Source: Catajapyx aquilonaris
Taxonomy: Eukaryota
Reading direction: 5' to 3'
DNA length: 55,780 nucleotides
Assembly (NCBI GenBank): GCA_000934665.2
Contig: JYFJ02002511.1
Location: 1-55,780, forward strand
A program made the translations under genes and the position numbers. Below are positions 9,901 to 24,000 of this stretch, piece by piece (the first letter of the stretch is position 1; each line of letters begins with the position of its first letter). Below the pieces are notes generated by a model that was not told the origin of the DNA, did not search any database, and worked only from the letters and a program-made list of their open reading frames with translations.

Positions 9901-12900
9901 TCAGCATATAGTTGGTACTTTTCTCTTCACAATTGGAAGTCTGATCCATTTGCCTAATTCTTATATTGAGTTGATGGTCGACATATCGTAGAGGTGACAT
10001 ACTGTTACTGCCAACTATCTTGTTCAATGCATATGATTGTTTGCTCATATTTGGTGGATAACTTGATGATGATCCAGTTGAAGTAATCTCACTGATTATT
10101 TTCCAACTTTCAGCGAGAAGCCAACGATGATCACATGATGTCTGACGGAAGGGTAGAGGGAAGAATGATGGGAGGCCGACACCCATCCTCGTCATCAACA
10201 TCTCATCCTGCATCACTCCCTCCACCATCATCCAACGCCCCATCTCACCCCCCTCCCCCATCCACTCATGCCCACTCATTCATGTCTTCCCAGCCAGCAC
10301 CACCACAGGCAGCTCCCTCTCCTCATCACCATTCCCAGCCACAGCCAACCCACCATTACATGCAGGCCATGCACTCCACCACATCAGCCGATGTCACTGC
10401 TCCCGTTCCAGCCCCTGGTATCACCGCACCTGCTCCCTCCCCCTTCTACCAGGTGACTGGGACTGCCCCTCCCACCCAACAGCAGCAGCCTGCTCACCTT
10501 TCCCAGCCTGGTTTCGTCCAGGGACCACCACAGGTCCCGCCCTCAGCCCCTCCTCAAACTGGTCCCCCTCCTCGACCCCTCTCTGAAGTGATCAGTCCAA
10601 TGGGTTTTAATTTCCTGCAGGAATCTCAGCTAGACCTGGAGTCACCTCAAATGGATCCTGCTGTTCTTATGGTCCACCCATCCCACAGCACGTCTGCCCC
10701 ACCATCAGCCATGGCCCCTGCTCCACCCACACTCTCACCACCTTCAGCGGCTCCACCTTCGATCCAGGCTGGCCCCATCCCAACACAGACCTTCACCAAC
10801 CAAACCTTTGCCATTCGAATGACCCAACCCCCATTTCCTCAGCACCCTGCCACTGGACCACCTGCCCAACTGCAACCCACCCCTGATTTGGTATCTGGTC
10901 CAACTCCAGTCCCAGCTCCTGGTCTGGCTGCTCCTCAGCAGCAGACCTTGAACTCCCTGGACTTCTCTATGAACAACCAAACACCAGCGATGGAGTCTCC
11001 CCCCACTACCCAACCACCACAAATGGCAACGTCCCCTGCGCTGGGTCCCAGCCCGCACATGCAGTCTCCTGCTGAAGATGACTGGTCTGAGCAAGTGGCT
11101 AGAGCTGATCCTGGCAACTCGTGGGGAATGTCTGACATGTCAAACACCACAGCACCCACCACCACCTCTTCCTCCTTCCGCAACAACCAGGGTGGATATG
11201 GGCGGAATAACACAGGAGGCCGCCCTGGAGCACCCCCTCGAGGTCCTCGTCCCACCTCCACTTCCACCGGGTCATCTACGTCGATGAATGGATTTGGTAA
11301 CCGAGGTGGACGTGGCCCATCTCAGTCAGGTCCCTTCAACGGAAGGTCCAACGACTGGTCTCAGAATCGAGGTTGGTACCGTCTTATACGACAGTAATCA
11401 CGTAATATCTTTTCACTTATTGCTGGACATAGCATGATTCTTCGGTGCTGGTTAGAAACTTGACTGACTACTCCTTTCTTTCTCAGGATATGGTGGATAC
11501 CGTGGGTATCGTGACTCGAACCAGGATGGTTACAGAGGCAACCAGGAAGGTGGAAACACCTACCAGCAGCAGCAGAGGAACGATTCATATTCCGGAGGTG
11601 GCGGCGGCAGTGGCAGCTTTGGAGGAAGTGGCTACCGCAGGGTTGGCACAGGAGTCGGCCCACGGGGACAAGACGGCATGCAAAGACCAGGTGCATCCTT
11701 CTAACTGTTAAGCAGGTCATTAACATCGTTATGTAATTAACCCATTGATTTCATAGCTTCATATTCACTTCTCAGATATAAAAGCACTTTTGGGAGTGGA
11801 CAGTGAATGTGGTAGCAATGATTACTTACAATAAAGTAGAACCTCTGTATAACGAATTATTTTAAGAACATATGTAATAACATTTAATGAGAATTTTGGA
11901 ATAATGAGAAGCCCCATGTAACAATTTCCATTTACTGAAAGACATGCTATGAAATTTTTGTCCAGTGAACTGATATGTTCTTTTGTGTTGCACCAAATTT
12001 TATTTTTGAGTCATGAGGGAGTCAAAGCAGCTAGCTTTTGCTGTAAATTGAGACTATATGGTGAGTCCCCATGCATGTGCACAAATACCTTCCACATGTT
12101 AAATCCCAGGTAGTTCAGTTGTTGCCCTTGATGAAAATGACTTTTCAAACAGGCTGTGGTGAGCCGCTTGTGCATTCGCATTTAGGCTTCTGTTCACTTT
12201 AGGAATTGAGCTCTTTTTTCCTCTCTCCACTACTTGAAGTTAATGCATGGTGTCTTGAACTGTCGGATTATAATATAAGGCATAGCAACACATTCCAGGT
12301 AGACACAGCCACACAGGTGGGGATAACTGGCACCATGTGCACATATGCTAAGATAAATTTTGTATGCTGTGTTAATTGATTTATTCTTTTAAATTTGTTA
12401 TAAGGAGATTCTACTACATGAATGATAGTTAATGATATCGGTATAGGCAGGCCTGGATAGTGGCATGAGCTTCCTATTGCCAGGAAAGCTGATGTTTTAA
12501 AAACATCTAACACATTCTTTGAATGCCATGAGAGTGGTGTTTGATGTTTTTTTGCATGGTGCAGGAGATGTGACATGTTCATATGTCAAATTCAGTTACT
12601 AACGAATTTTAAAAATCCATGACACTATATTTTTTAGACTAAATTCACAGCAAGTACGCTTCTGGCTGGTAACAGTTTGTCACATTAAAAATAGGTAAAA
12701 GCACTTCTGCATCACTTACCTTCTGTTCTCACCAGTTGTAAATGCCATCTTAATGCATGTGTGTAACTAGATGTTAATGCATGTATATGGAGAAGCATGT
12801 ATTGGGAAGAGAGTGGGTGGCTTTTGAGGAAGATGGTGCGTACCTGTAGTGCAGTGGTCTTAACAATGGCAGATGGACCATCAGTTCAGAATCTGTAAAA

Positions 12901-13288
12901 ATTAGCTGAAAACATAACCATGGGAAGTCAGTGGCATAATTTGGTAACCACCTGATGGCCATGGAGTTGCAAAGCACTGAAGGTATAAATAGTAATGCAT
13001 TTAAAAACTTGTGATAATTTTTCAATAGGGGAAATGCACTTTCTTCCTGTTTGTACAGAATGCAAACATTTGATGAGCTGGAGTAACTGATTTTTTGTTT
13101 GTTTCAATTTATGTGCAATTCAGTAGATTAATTAAGTGATTTCTATTTTAGGATCGAGGGGTGGCATGGGAGGACGCCCGAACAGCAGCCAGGGAAGCCA
13201 GGGTGGACAAGGAAACAACGGCCCACCCAGGAGTGGCCCTAGGGGAGCCTACCAAGCACGTGGTCCTCCGCAGCAGGCCCAGTCATAA
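6950..13288 (+). CDS. Caprin: Caprin (cytoplasmic activation/proliferation-associated protein) homologue, ~907 aa
   Basis: Exons 6950-7231, 8933-9274, 9399-9899, 10114-11371, 11487-11690, 13152-13288(TAA). MPSA start; dimerisation-domain signature IREVLLIQEALNHLGDEAIRKDFLDGTNGA..ASWHL..TYRHLKELFHRISQCGYF; acidic tract; G3BP-binding-type motif FNFLQESQLD (10606-10635); IPTQTFTNQTF; RGG/RG-rich C-terminus. Probable non-coding first exon ending ~6720. Confidence 0.9.
8612..8804. mobile_element. MITE with ~42-bp imperfect TIRs (PIF/Harbinger-like) in Caprin intron
   Basis: Left cctgtttcacaaagtcagcgttgcga..ggcgtgtgg; right reverse complement cctgtttcacaagctcagcgttgcga..ggcgtgtgg. TAA/TTA-like flanks; GC-rich island in an AT-rich intron. 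Confidence 0.75.
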
Positions 13289-14208
13289 TTAAATGTCCAT
13301 TATTAGGCTATAAGAGGACAAAAAAAAAGGGAAGGCCACGAATGATGCTGTGGGGTAAGCCTCAGAAGCGAAAAATCATGTGGATGATGAAAAATCACAC
13401 CGACCAGCTTGGATAGTATCTATTTGGACTCTTTTTGAATGCACACCCAGTATTATCTAATGACCTTTCTTACCCCTTTTATCTCCTTATTTCATTGTGT
13501 TGTTGCCACAGGCAGACTGGTAAGACGTCTTGAAATAGTGATTTGAGGAACTCGAAACAGGGTGTGCAGTGTGATTGGAAATGTGCACTCTTGGAAATAG
13601 GAAGAATGAAGAATTGTGTTGGGGGGTAGGGGGGAAAGAAAAGTGATTAGAATGGACTGCAGTTTAATTTATGCAGTTGGGTGCAGTTTGGTTGTATCTT
13701 TGCTGCACAGAAATGCCTCTTTTTTTGTGGTGTTACACCTGCTCTTTCGCTGCAGGTTATTCTTTATAATCGGCTTTTTTTGTGTGTATTTGGAGACAAT
13801 GAACTCGTGCCCTGCCTCCTCCCACTTTTTTTTGACGATAATGGACCCGCCCCCTCAATGCAACTACTGTGCAGTTTCTTTTTTAATTTCCATGATCAAT
13901 GAGATGATTTAATTTTTCCACTATTGTGTCCTTTTCCCACTTGTATACTTGGGTCCACCAGAGTGCTTTTTCCCCCCTCTTTGTTTTCAATGCATCTTTT
14001 TGTACTTTTCTTGGGGAAAATGTCTACAAGGGATGGGTGGGTGGGATGGGGAGGATTTGTTCTTATACAGAGTGGACAGCAGTTGCCACTTCATTAAAAG
14101 CCAGTTTTTCTGCAAAAAAAAGTGTTTTGAGGTCAAACTTCCTGTACATTCACCAGAGGATGTGATGGAGTAACATGTTTTTATTTTTATGGTACATGGC
14201 ACAATATC

Positions 14209-17107
14209 TCAATCTGCCTTGACTTTTGACCATTCTTGACTCTTGAGTTGTGAGCGTCTTATCTTCCCACTGACCGTCTTAGGTAGTGATTGGCAAAACT
14301 CAACTTTCCTTGGGTATTTGTAAGGTGCAGTGACGGTTTTCACATGTGCTTGTAGTTCTTTAACGAGTGATTCTCTGTCAAAGTTTGGGTTTGCCTGCAG
14401 ATAAGTCTCTGAGAGTACTACGAAAGCCTTAACCACTTCTCCCCTCAGCTGGTCTGGGGAGGAGACTACAGCAGATTCAGCCACTGCTGGGTGCTGGCCC
14501 AGGGCTGACTCAACCTCCAGTGGTCCAATGCGATATCCTGATGATATAATTATGTCATCCGAGCGACCCACAAACCATAGGTAGCCATCTTCATCCCGAT
14601 ATGCCTTGTCACCGGTTAGATAGAAACCATTAGTAAAGGGATTCTTGGCTTCAGGTCCCATGTAGCCTCGGAATAGGCCTAGGGGCCAAGTGGGTTCAAC
14701 TTTTACGGCAATGTGGCCCTCTTCTCCTGTGTTAGATTCTGTTCCATTGTCATTCAGCACGTACACATCGTATCCTGGAGCAGGCAGTCCCATTGATCCA
14801 GGGCGAATGTCCATACCTATGAAGTTTCCTGCTATCAAGGTGGATTCAGTCTGACCATATCCTTCACGAATGTCTAATCCTGCAAATTCATAAGAGCACA
14901 ATTTGGTTATGTTACAATATAGGGCTAGCATTGTGGTATGTGAACAATTACATTTTTGCAGGCATTGCCAGATTGGTGCTTTTTTGTGGAATAATGTACG
15001 GTACAGTGCTGGCCATAAATAGAGGCAAGCGCCGGAGACACTTTTCCGAAGCGGCAGAAGAAGGAATCTGGCTCGCCCGGCTTGTAGCATGCTTATTTTC
15101 GATTCCTTCTTCTGCTGCTTCGGAAAAATGTCGCTGGCGGTTGCCTCGATATATGGCCAGCACTGTACTAGACATTTAGAAGAGAAAGGGGCCTGTTTCA
15201 TTGTTGGACAGAGTTTGTGCCCATGAAGTCTTGAGATATTGGGAGCTTCCAATTTACACAGCGATTATTTCAGTTGATTACCTACACATCATAGGCAGGT
15301 CAATTTGATTGATTTTCCATGCCTAGAGAGGCTACCTCGTTATAAGCCTAATAAACAAGCAATTTTCTTCGTTGAAAATTAATGGCATTTGGGATGTTAA
15401 TTGACCAGGTAATGATGCATAATGATTAGGAAAGGACTCTCTTCCCGTCATATCAACCAGCTGTTGTACTGTCATGGGATAATACAGTAGGTGCATGCCA
15501 AATAAGTCTTGGTTTGGGGCAAAAAAGTAGAGACTGTCTACTAAACTTCCTTTGAAATTGTGGTTAGGAAGAGCAGGTTACGTAGTGTTGCTTTTATGGA
15601 CTTTTGAAATGTTTGTTGGCATGCACCTACGTACTGTTGCTTATGATACTGGAATCAAAATCATGCAACCACACATACACCATGGTTCAGTCAGTAATAA
15701 ATTAAATGATCTAAGTAATAAGGAAGAGGATACTGCAAATGTATGGCACCTATTCATATCTCGTGATATCCAGCTAACCACTTCTCATGGCTTCGTTGTG
15801 AAAAAAATTAGTGCATGCAACTTAAAGAGAACTACCTGTAATGTTTTTCCATCTCTGCAGAGCATCTCCACCCATTGGTTCCCCGGCAGAAACACAGTTA
15901 CGCAGCCTGCTTTTGAAAGTGTGCAGATTTGATTCCTGTAACAGTGCTCTGTACATTGTAGGTGGAGCACAGAATGTTGTTATGGGATACTTTCCCAGTG
16001 TGTCCAGGACGGACTGAGCATCGAATTTCTCCATTGCATGCACAAAGACTGTGCATCCTTGCATCCATGGGGCAAACACACTAGTGTATGCACTTTTGGC
16101 CCATCCGGTGTCAGCCACATTCCAATGAAGGTCACTAGGAGACAATCCCAACCACAACCGAGCCACCACGCGAAATCCAAGTGAGTAGTTCAGGTGTGTC
16201 TGTGGAACCATTTTAGGGAGACTCGTAGTGCCAGATGTGAAGAAAACTTGCACTGGGTTCTGGCCAAGAGTTTCAGCATGTGGACAGAGGTTGGGGTTTT
16301 GCTGTCCATGCTGCAGCACATCTTCATATGTCACCCATCCTTGAGGTGGGGTTTGGCCATGAGCACCCACCAACACCTTCAATTTGGGCACAATGTCCTT
16401 GACACTTGCAAGGGCACTTTCAATCCTCCCTGCAGATTCCAGCTCAGCTACGATGCAGTCTGGCTGCGACACCTTCAGTCTGAATACCAAATCCTTCTCT
16501 CGTAGTTGAACACTGCCAGGGTACAGCACGCTACCTGAAGTTGTATGTATCAGTATGCGCTTCAGTATTGACATACACCATAATTACCTGATCGCATTGC
16601 AGCAAGATTGGTCACCCACCACTCGGGTCCAGAACGAGACACCAACACCAGAATCTGTCTGGGTAGCTGACCACCTGCAGCTTTGTTATAGAACTGGCAT
16701 ATCCCCGAGGCCATCTTCCGTGACTCCTCTGCCATCTGCTTGTAGGTCAACTTTGTCTCTGTAGCACCATCAGCTGATACATGCCATAAGGACAAGCGAT
16801 CTCCATCCTGTAAATGAATTAGTGTAATCCGTGCAGCGAACACTTAATAATCGCACTATGTGGTACATACTTGAGGTGATTTGGCCCACTTGTCAAAGAT
16901 ATCGTGTACAAAGTTGAATGTGCGTGGAAGCTGCTTATTGTACAAATCGTATTCCTTGCGAAGGGCCTCATACTGGGCACGAGTCGTCACTCCATTGCTG
17001 TAGTGCCTCCTGCTGCTGGTGCATCCAACAATGACAATTCGGCCATGACCCTGCCTCCTGCAGGCGAGCGGCACCACCCAATTTGCTAAGCCATAAAGGA
17101 GCCTCAT
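14209..17107 (-). CDS. ACSM: Medium-chain acyl-CoA synthetase (ACSM family), probably mitochondrial, ~608 aa
   Basis: Exons 17107-16871, 16807-16588, 16534-15836, 14879-14209. Motifs FNFVHDIFDKW, AMP-binding FFTSGTTSLPKMV, DTGWAKSAY, TTFCAPPTMYR, SAGEP, EGYGQTE, TGD, GRSDDIIISSGYRIGPLEVE, APYKYPR, LPKTVSGKI. Arg-rich N-terminal presequence-like segment. AATAAA on minus strand at 14180-14185. Confidence 0.93.
15004..15165. mobile_element. Tc1/mariner-type palindromic MITE in ACSM intron
   Basis: TA|CAGTGCTGGCCAT...ATGGCCAGCACTG|TA; 65-bp arms matching at 58/65 positions around a 32-nt spacer. Confidence 0.9.
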
Positions 17108-17529
17108 CTGCAATGAATAAAATTATCCAAACTGTTGATACATGTGCCACATGCTTTACCTTTCACATAAGTATCCACCGCACAGGTCTGCGCTGAGATT
17201 TCTGCGCACCAATATGTTACTGCCTATCTTGGTTCCTTCAAAATATTCAGTGCTTTCTGGTTCAACCCAGCTAGAAAAAAACCTTGAGCAAGAAATTGAG
17301 TAATATGCCAGAAAATCATTACGTGACTGCAAGGAAGGCACAAGGAACGTCCTTGAGACGTCGAGTGTTTATACACAGTGATATGGGGATAGCTTGGATG
17401 GGAAAATGTTTGCATAACACACAGCCGCGTTGCATGATTGTCATATCCACTTTTCCTGTCACGCACAGTATCTAAATATAGGTCAGACTGGGAAAAAAAT
17501 TCCATGTGTAATCCCCTTGAATCACATGC

Positions 17530-17583
17530 AGAATTGGCTAGGCGTGACTGTGTCCTGCGTTGACTCATCACCTAGGTGCATGT
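17530..17583. repeat. Dispersed short repeat, copy 2 (inverted relative to 5568-5626)
   Basis: Reverse complement acatgcacctaggtgatgagtcaacgcaggacacagtcacgcctagccaattct aligns end to end with copy 1. Confidence 0.75.
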
Positions 17584-17778
17584 AGTTACCATGGCTACGC
17601 TTTCGTATCGGGAGACCCCTTTACCTATTAATAACTATGCTCTCCTAGGCGTGTATCACTTTCCCTCTTGTGCCATTTTGTCTCTCTTTGGCATTAGACA
17701 GGTTTGAATCCCGCGCCCGTGACTACGTCACAGTGTCGCCGTCGCCGATCTTGGAAGAAGAAGAAGAAAAAAAGCGGC

Positions 17779-17788
17779 GCGCATGCGC
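17779..17788. promoter_or_regulatory. NRF1/EWG-type palindrome in the divergent ACSM-nicotinamidase promoter region
   Basis: GCGCATGCGC exact palindrome inside a CpG-rich <1 kb gap between two divergent start codons; a second partial site GCATGCGCA near 17940. Function inferred only. Confidence 0.4.
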
Positions 17789-18083
17789 ACTTGAACTCCA
17801 TCCGGAGTGGGCGGCGTGGAGCCGGCAAGTGACCGTCGATGGGACAGCGTGGGGACGATCCATCAATGTCGCACCTGCTGCCATTGGACGTGCTCAACGT
17901 CGACGGAGGGGATTGGCTGGACGTCGAGGGTTGGGCGTGGCATGCGCACATGAGTCAGCGGCGTGCGACACCTGATACATACCAGTTGCCATGAGGACGT
18001 CGATGCAGCCGGTTGTATAGTGTGGATGGCGGTGGATCGACCCATGCTGCAGTAATAAGACCTGATACAGCAGTGCATGTCCG

Positions 18084-21000
18084 ATGGCCTCCCCGTCGGG
18101 GTCCCCATGCAACCACAACGGAGGCAGTGACCAGGAGGAGGAGGAGGAAGAGGACGCAGCTTGCTTGCAGCAGGAGGCTTCCGCATCAGACGACGGGGGG
18201 TCTGCCTGTAACCACTGTCCGCGTCAACCTAAAAGGGGTGACGGAACCAGCAGGCAGCTGACCAAGCCACCCAGCAGCCACATGGAGACCTGCTTCAGGG
18301 CTTTTGATAAGGACGGGTATGTTGTGCTACCTAAACTAGCCATAAACAGGTTCTGATATGGAATTTGTATTGCCGTTGCAGCGATGAAGGACTCAGCCTG
18401 AATGAATTTGGTCGTCTCTGCCGAGCCCTCTTCAGAGATCCCAAGGGGAATGCGTACCACATGGAAGAACACAAGCTTCGGGCTATCATGTCAGTCTTCG
18501 ATACTAACAAGGTAGGGATGGTTTTGTTTACAAACTTTTCTAAGAAGAATTCCCTCCCACCCATGTGGAGTCAAAGTATAATTCATGGGGAAGTGTTTAT
18601 AAATGTGTTGACTCTCTCCTAAGCTCCAGATAAAAGTTCCTGAAAGTCTGGCCGACTGTGATAAAGTTGAAGTTCACCATACACTAACCCTGTCAAGTCT
18701 GGTCCATCGTGGGTTGTATTAAATGATAGAAGCAAACCACCCATTATCCGAGTGGGTAAGCTACTCAGTGTGAGGAGACTTGTGGGCGCAGATGATCATA
18801 AGCGTAGTCTCTCGCTGTGAAGGTAGCAAAGTAATAAAACTAAGTACAGCAGTAAATGATTCACTTAAATGTAAGGGTGGGAGAGGAGAATGAAACAAAG
18901 AGATAAGATACAGATAAGTGGTTATTCTGCATAATAACTTATTATGGGTTTGCTGTCAATTGCACATGCCCTCAGTGATTTTTGGGAGACAGTTTTTATT
19001 CCTGCATAGCTTTGCTACAGCATTTGAGAAAATGTGGCTGGAAGGCTACATAGAGTGCAGTTCAATATTTTTTCCATGCATCAATGACAGCGTGTTTCAA
19101 ATTCAAAGCGGAACAAGGACACTGTCACCCTCAGTTTGCGTAAGGAATCAATATGGACGTACATTAATCACACCTTTACAATCACTATGTGCATCTTTTA
19201 TAGCATTGGCTGTTTTCTTAAAGATGTTGGCATTGGGGATGGGGGATCTCAGGATTCCGATTGATTACTTACACATTAATTCACCTCAGTTTTTTCAGAA
19301 CTGCATATTCACAAGACAAAGTGGTTATGAAGAGTCGTCATTGCTTTTATTTCATAATTTGTGGCAAATCATATTGCCATCAAAATCGTTTTTTTTTGTC
19401 ATGGAAGTTGTGCATGAAATTTTGGGGAATTTTTGTAACAGTCATTTTCTGGTAATTTAATCATGCTGAATTTTGAATGTAAATAAATTTTAGAAAATCG
19501 CTATGGTCAGGAGTGACACAAGTGCGTGAAAAACTGTCCTAAAGGAAGTCCCCCTCACATCACAGTTTCGTAAATATTTTGCTGGGTCATGTGAAGGCTG
19601 CCTTAGCCAGAAATAATATTGCTGACTCTCTGAAATTCACACAAAGGACGAGTTTACAGGATGAAAGTAATATTTCCCACACAACTGAAATTATTTTGGG
19701 TACATGTAACATACATACATTCAGATAGTAATCTTTTTATACCATGTGGTTATCAACAGGAGCAGTGTTACAATCATGTGCAATCACATTATGAGAAAAA
19801 AAAAGCTAGTAGCAGTCCATTGTTAGCTACCCTTATGTTTACCGAGTACAAGAAATGAATCCATATTTTAACCAGCTGCAGCAGAGGACTACCACAAGTG
19901 TCCATGCAATGCTACTTTGAAGTGACCGAAATGCGCATTACCCACCGGAAAGCAATGAGGAAGTATCACTTCCTCACGCAGAATGTGCAGGAAATTATTC
20001 CATGCTATGCACACTAACCAAGCAGAAATGATATACAGTAGGTATGCGTGATGTGAAGTTGTAGGAAAACTTGTAAGAGAGCATGATAAGTAGCATTTCT
20101 ACACAAACTCTGCGCCCCATGTGACACAAGGCTGCAAAAATTAGCTTCTGTTTCGAGATGCAGTCAGGGCCGCAGCCAAGGCTTCATTGCTAAAAGGGGA
20201 TTAAGATTGAGACACTTTCACACTCATCCTTAACAAGAAAGCCAACACTAGGAATGGTCATCAGTAGACCATCCGACAAAAAAGCGAATCTCTCACAGGG
20301 CCTCTCATAATTGCACCACCAATAAAAAAGGCTTCAAATTTTGCTTGCTTACATCCATTTGTAGTGTGAAAGCCAGGGTTATTAAGGTATAATCTGAGTT
20401 GAATGGTGTGATATTATGCAGCTGACTGATCAAACTGCCTTTTGTTTCAGGATGGAGTTATTGACCTTGACGAATTTGCATTCTGCTGGCACAAATGGAT
20501 CAAAAAGGTGAGGTCAAGTCAGTCATTTGCAGTCATGACACACACTGCATAGTGCATTTATTGAGTTGAACACAGTTGGAGATTCCCAGTATTTTAGGCT
20601 CCGTGGGCAATCCCCACAGAAGCGAGTCGTGCAGGTAACTTGGTCTGCTGCAGTGGGATTGGCCGACTTAATTGACACTATTGCCAGTGACGTAGTGTGA
20701 ATCGAGTGTTGGCAGCGATTAGAGCGAGCTTGAGCCATAGTTTTCAGGTGGGGGGTGCCAGAGGGTGGTACAGGTTGAGGGGGGTGGTTGGAGGGAGGAG
20801 GAGGAGGTGAGGGGTGTGGGAGCCAGTTGGCACCAGCAGTCTGCGGAAAAAAGAGGGGGCCCCTCCCTCTGATACTTCCCCTCCTCTCCCTCCCCTCGTC
20901 CCCTTTATTATTTCCTACCCTCTTGCCTTCCTCTGACTGATGCCCCCATGTGGTCCAAAGGTCAAAGGGTGTCCCGCTTGCAGTGATAGGTGGTGGTGCC

Positions 21001-24000
21001 TGGATACACTTAAAAGTTCCCTCCCCCAGTCTAACCTTATCCAATACCATTCCATCACCTATCCATAGCCGTATGCATGCAGCAGAAGTAGACACTGCAG
21101 ATATTTTGTACCTGGTAATTAATCTGGAAATAATGGAGACACGTGTCAGAAGGACACTATGATAATGATGTCACTGTAAAGTCAGAGGTGGCCAGGCTGC
21201 AAAATTAATTGCTGCCTACTCTACTATCGCATGCACAATTTAATGGGGAAACCGGAGAGGACAATATGAAACGTAACATGGAAGCGATTTTTCACCTTGC
21301 CCTTATTCCCCAGCCGATTGCTGGTACTCTGCAATGCAGGCCAGCGGGGTACTTTTATTGCGCAGGTTGGGTGCATCCATGCTTAATTAATTACTGTACG
21401 ACCACAGGGAGAATTATGAGTGTAGCGGTGGCAGCTCTTAGAAGAATGGAAGGAGTTCAATTTGATTGATCTGGAAGCGGGAATTGCAGCCAAAAGAGGA
21501 GCCCATTAGAGGTGCTCAGCAGTTGGCTGTTGGCATGCAAGCAACACTGCAGTAATCATGGTCTCACTAGGGGAGCCCAGGTCGAAGGAAGGGGGAGGGG
21601 GAGGTGGTAGTTGGTGCCTGGCTCCGATGGCTCCAACCATTGATTGGTTATTATAGGGCACAGAACACCGCAGAGTTGGAGCTGGTATAAATGGCATCAG
21701 ACCAGTCATGTTACACTTTGATGTTACACTAGGTGTAATATTAATTGTAACTCAACGTGGATGTTGAATTGAAGAGCTGCATTAAATAATTACAAGGTTA
21801 TTTGTCGTGTTTTCTGCGACAAATATGAACCTTCTGGGATGTTGGGATAGGTCAGTGAAGCTATAAATATCTTCTCAAATAGTAAGGGAATGGCTAATTA
21901 TTTGACAGATTCCTATTTTTGGGGTTTGGCATTTTATCAGAATTTTGTTTGTCCTTCATGGAGTTAGGCATAATGTCTTACAGCATGAAAAGGTCACAAG
22001 GCCACACGTTTCTGGGCTTGTTATAATGGTGATGGCGTCTTCCACTTTCATTCCTTGTTTTTTTACAACACGCTGTCATGAAATAATAGTGAGAAGGGAA
22101 AAAACGTAATGTGACGGAGGGATGAGCACTAAAGAGTGAGGAAAACGTGCGACTGAGTTTACGTGTGGACAGGACTTCAGCTGGTAATCATGCAACTACA
22201 CATGATGACATGATATTAACTAGAGTCAACGTGCCTTTATTCAAGTGTGAACTCCTATAATATAGGCTATTGCAGTTGATTAACTCGGACTTATTCTCTT
22301 GTGGTTTGCTCTTGGCAGATTGTTCGTCCAGTATGTGCCATCATTGTTGTAGATGTGCAGAATGATTTTATATCTGGTTCACTCAACGTCAGTCTCTGCC
22401 CTGCTGCCCACAGAGGAGAAGATGTAAGTATCAGTTGAAATTTTGTACCTGTACATGTAGCATGACTTGAGTTATTGTTACTGGATATTTGTTAGGTACT
22501 GGAACCCATCAATCGCCTGCTAGCGACAGTGCAGTTCGAAAGGGTAGTGTATTCACTGGACTGGCATCCCAGCGACCATGTGTCATTTGTGGACAATGTG
22601 TTTATACGCAAAATGCATCCAACTTCCAAAGTGAAGCCAGAAGATGCACAAGTGTATGACGTAGTTGTGTTTGAGGGGCCCTACGTAGGAGAAGGCAAGA
22701 ACAGAAAGTGCTTAACAACAGAGCAGAAGCTGTGGCCACGGCATTGCGTCCAGGGCTCATGGGGTTCAGAGCTGCATGCTGACTTAGACGTGGTGGAAGG
22801 TGCTCTGCTTGTGCGCAAGGGTACAAATCCAGATGTGGACTCCTACTCAGCATTCTTCGACAACAACAAGCTTTCTTCTACCGTCTTGTTCAGTGAGCTT
22901 CAGAGCAAGAACATTACTGACCTCTTTGTCTGTGGGATAGCATTTGACTTCTGTGTAGGTGAGTTTTGGGTGGTGGGAACAGCACTTTTCATTTTTCACT
23001 GTCTGTGATCCTTTCAGGGGCGACTGCCACCCATGCATGTGAGCTGGGCTTCCGCACCATATTGGTGGATGATGGTTGCAGAGGAGTAGCTCCGGACACT
23101 ATACAAGAGGTGACGGACACCCTTCACAGCAAGCATGCGGTCATTGTTCACTCATCTCAGGTTGGTTTAATGCAGAGTTACAAAATTTTGGAGAGTCCTG
23201 AAAAACACACTTGAGACCCTAGAAATTCCTGGAAGAGGAGTTGATGGTCCTGGATTATGATTATATCATTGGCATGAAAGTGAAATCCACAAAAGTCAAA
23301 TTTAGGTGATTTTGAGTTATTTACACCACTAACTTGTTCGGTGTATTTTCAATGATCTATCACCTGCCGAAGTCCATTTAGTTCTAAAGATTCAATGTGC
23401 CAGGAAGCCAGTAGGTTTTTTTGTCTCACTGCTGCTGATCCTGATTTGGGGCTTGCTGTGTGTTTTTCCTGCTCAGGCATGTGATAATAATATTTAGGGA
23501 TGTTTTTATTCGAGAATACTACTTCCTTCCCTTGTTTAGCCCCTTGCAATAATGTTATATGAATCAGGGCTCTTTCTTCTTTACTAACTTCCTCTGTTGT
23601 TTGGTCATGATTATCTAATGTTTCACTAATGGCCTGGTGTATCCCAGAGAGAGATGCAGAGTGAACATATTGTCAGTGTACTTTCTGTGTCTCATGAAAA
23701 TGTAATGTTGCTGACAGTGAGTGTCAAAATTTTTACTAAGGTCTGTGATTCTGGGTTTCCCTTCATGCCTGCTTCTCATACCAAGAATTTCAGAATAATT
23801 GGTGGGGCAGTAGACTGGCGAAAGTGTCCTTTACCCTAAAACGTCTTCACTTGTGTATTCAAGTTGACCACATTGGTGTCTAATCTGTCCAGTCTTCGAA
23901 GGAATGGGTTTGTTTTTATTTGTGACTATTTCATGTACAAACTTATCATCTAGTTGGCTTTGAATGCCAAGCCACATTCAATCTTTAATAACTGGTGATG

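Noticed and set aside
14880..15252. N-terminal part of the 347-aa ORF 14209-15252
   Set aside because: Intron read-through including the MITE; homology starts at the acceptor 14879.
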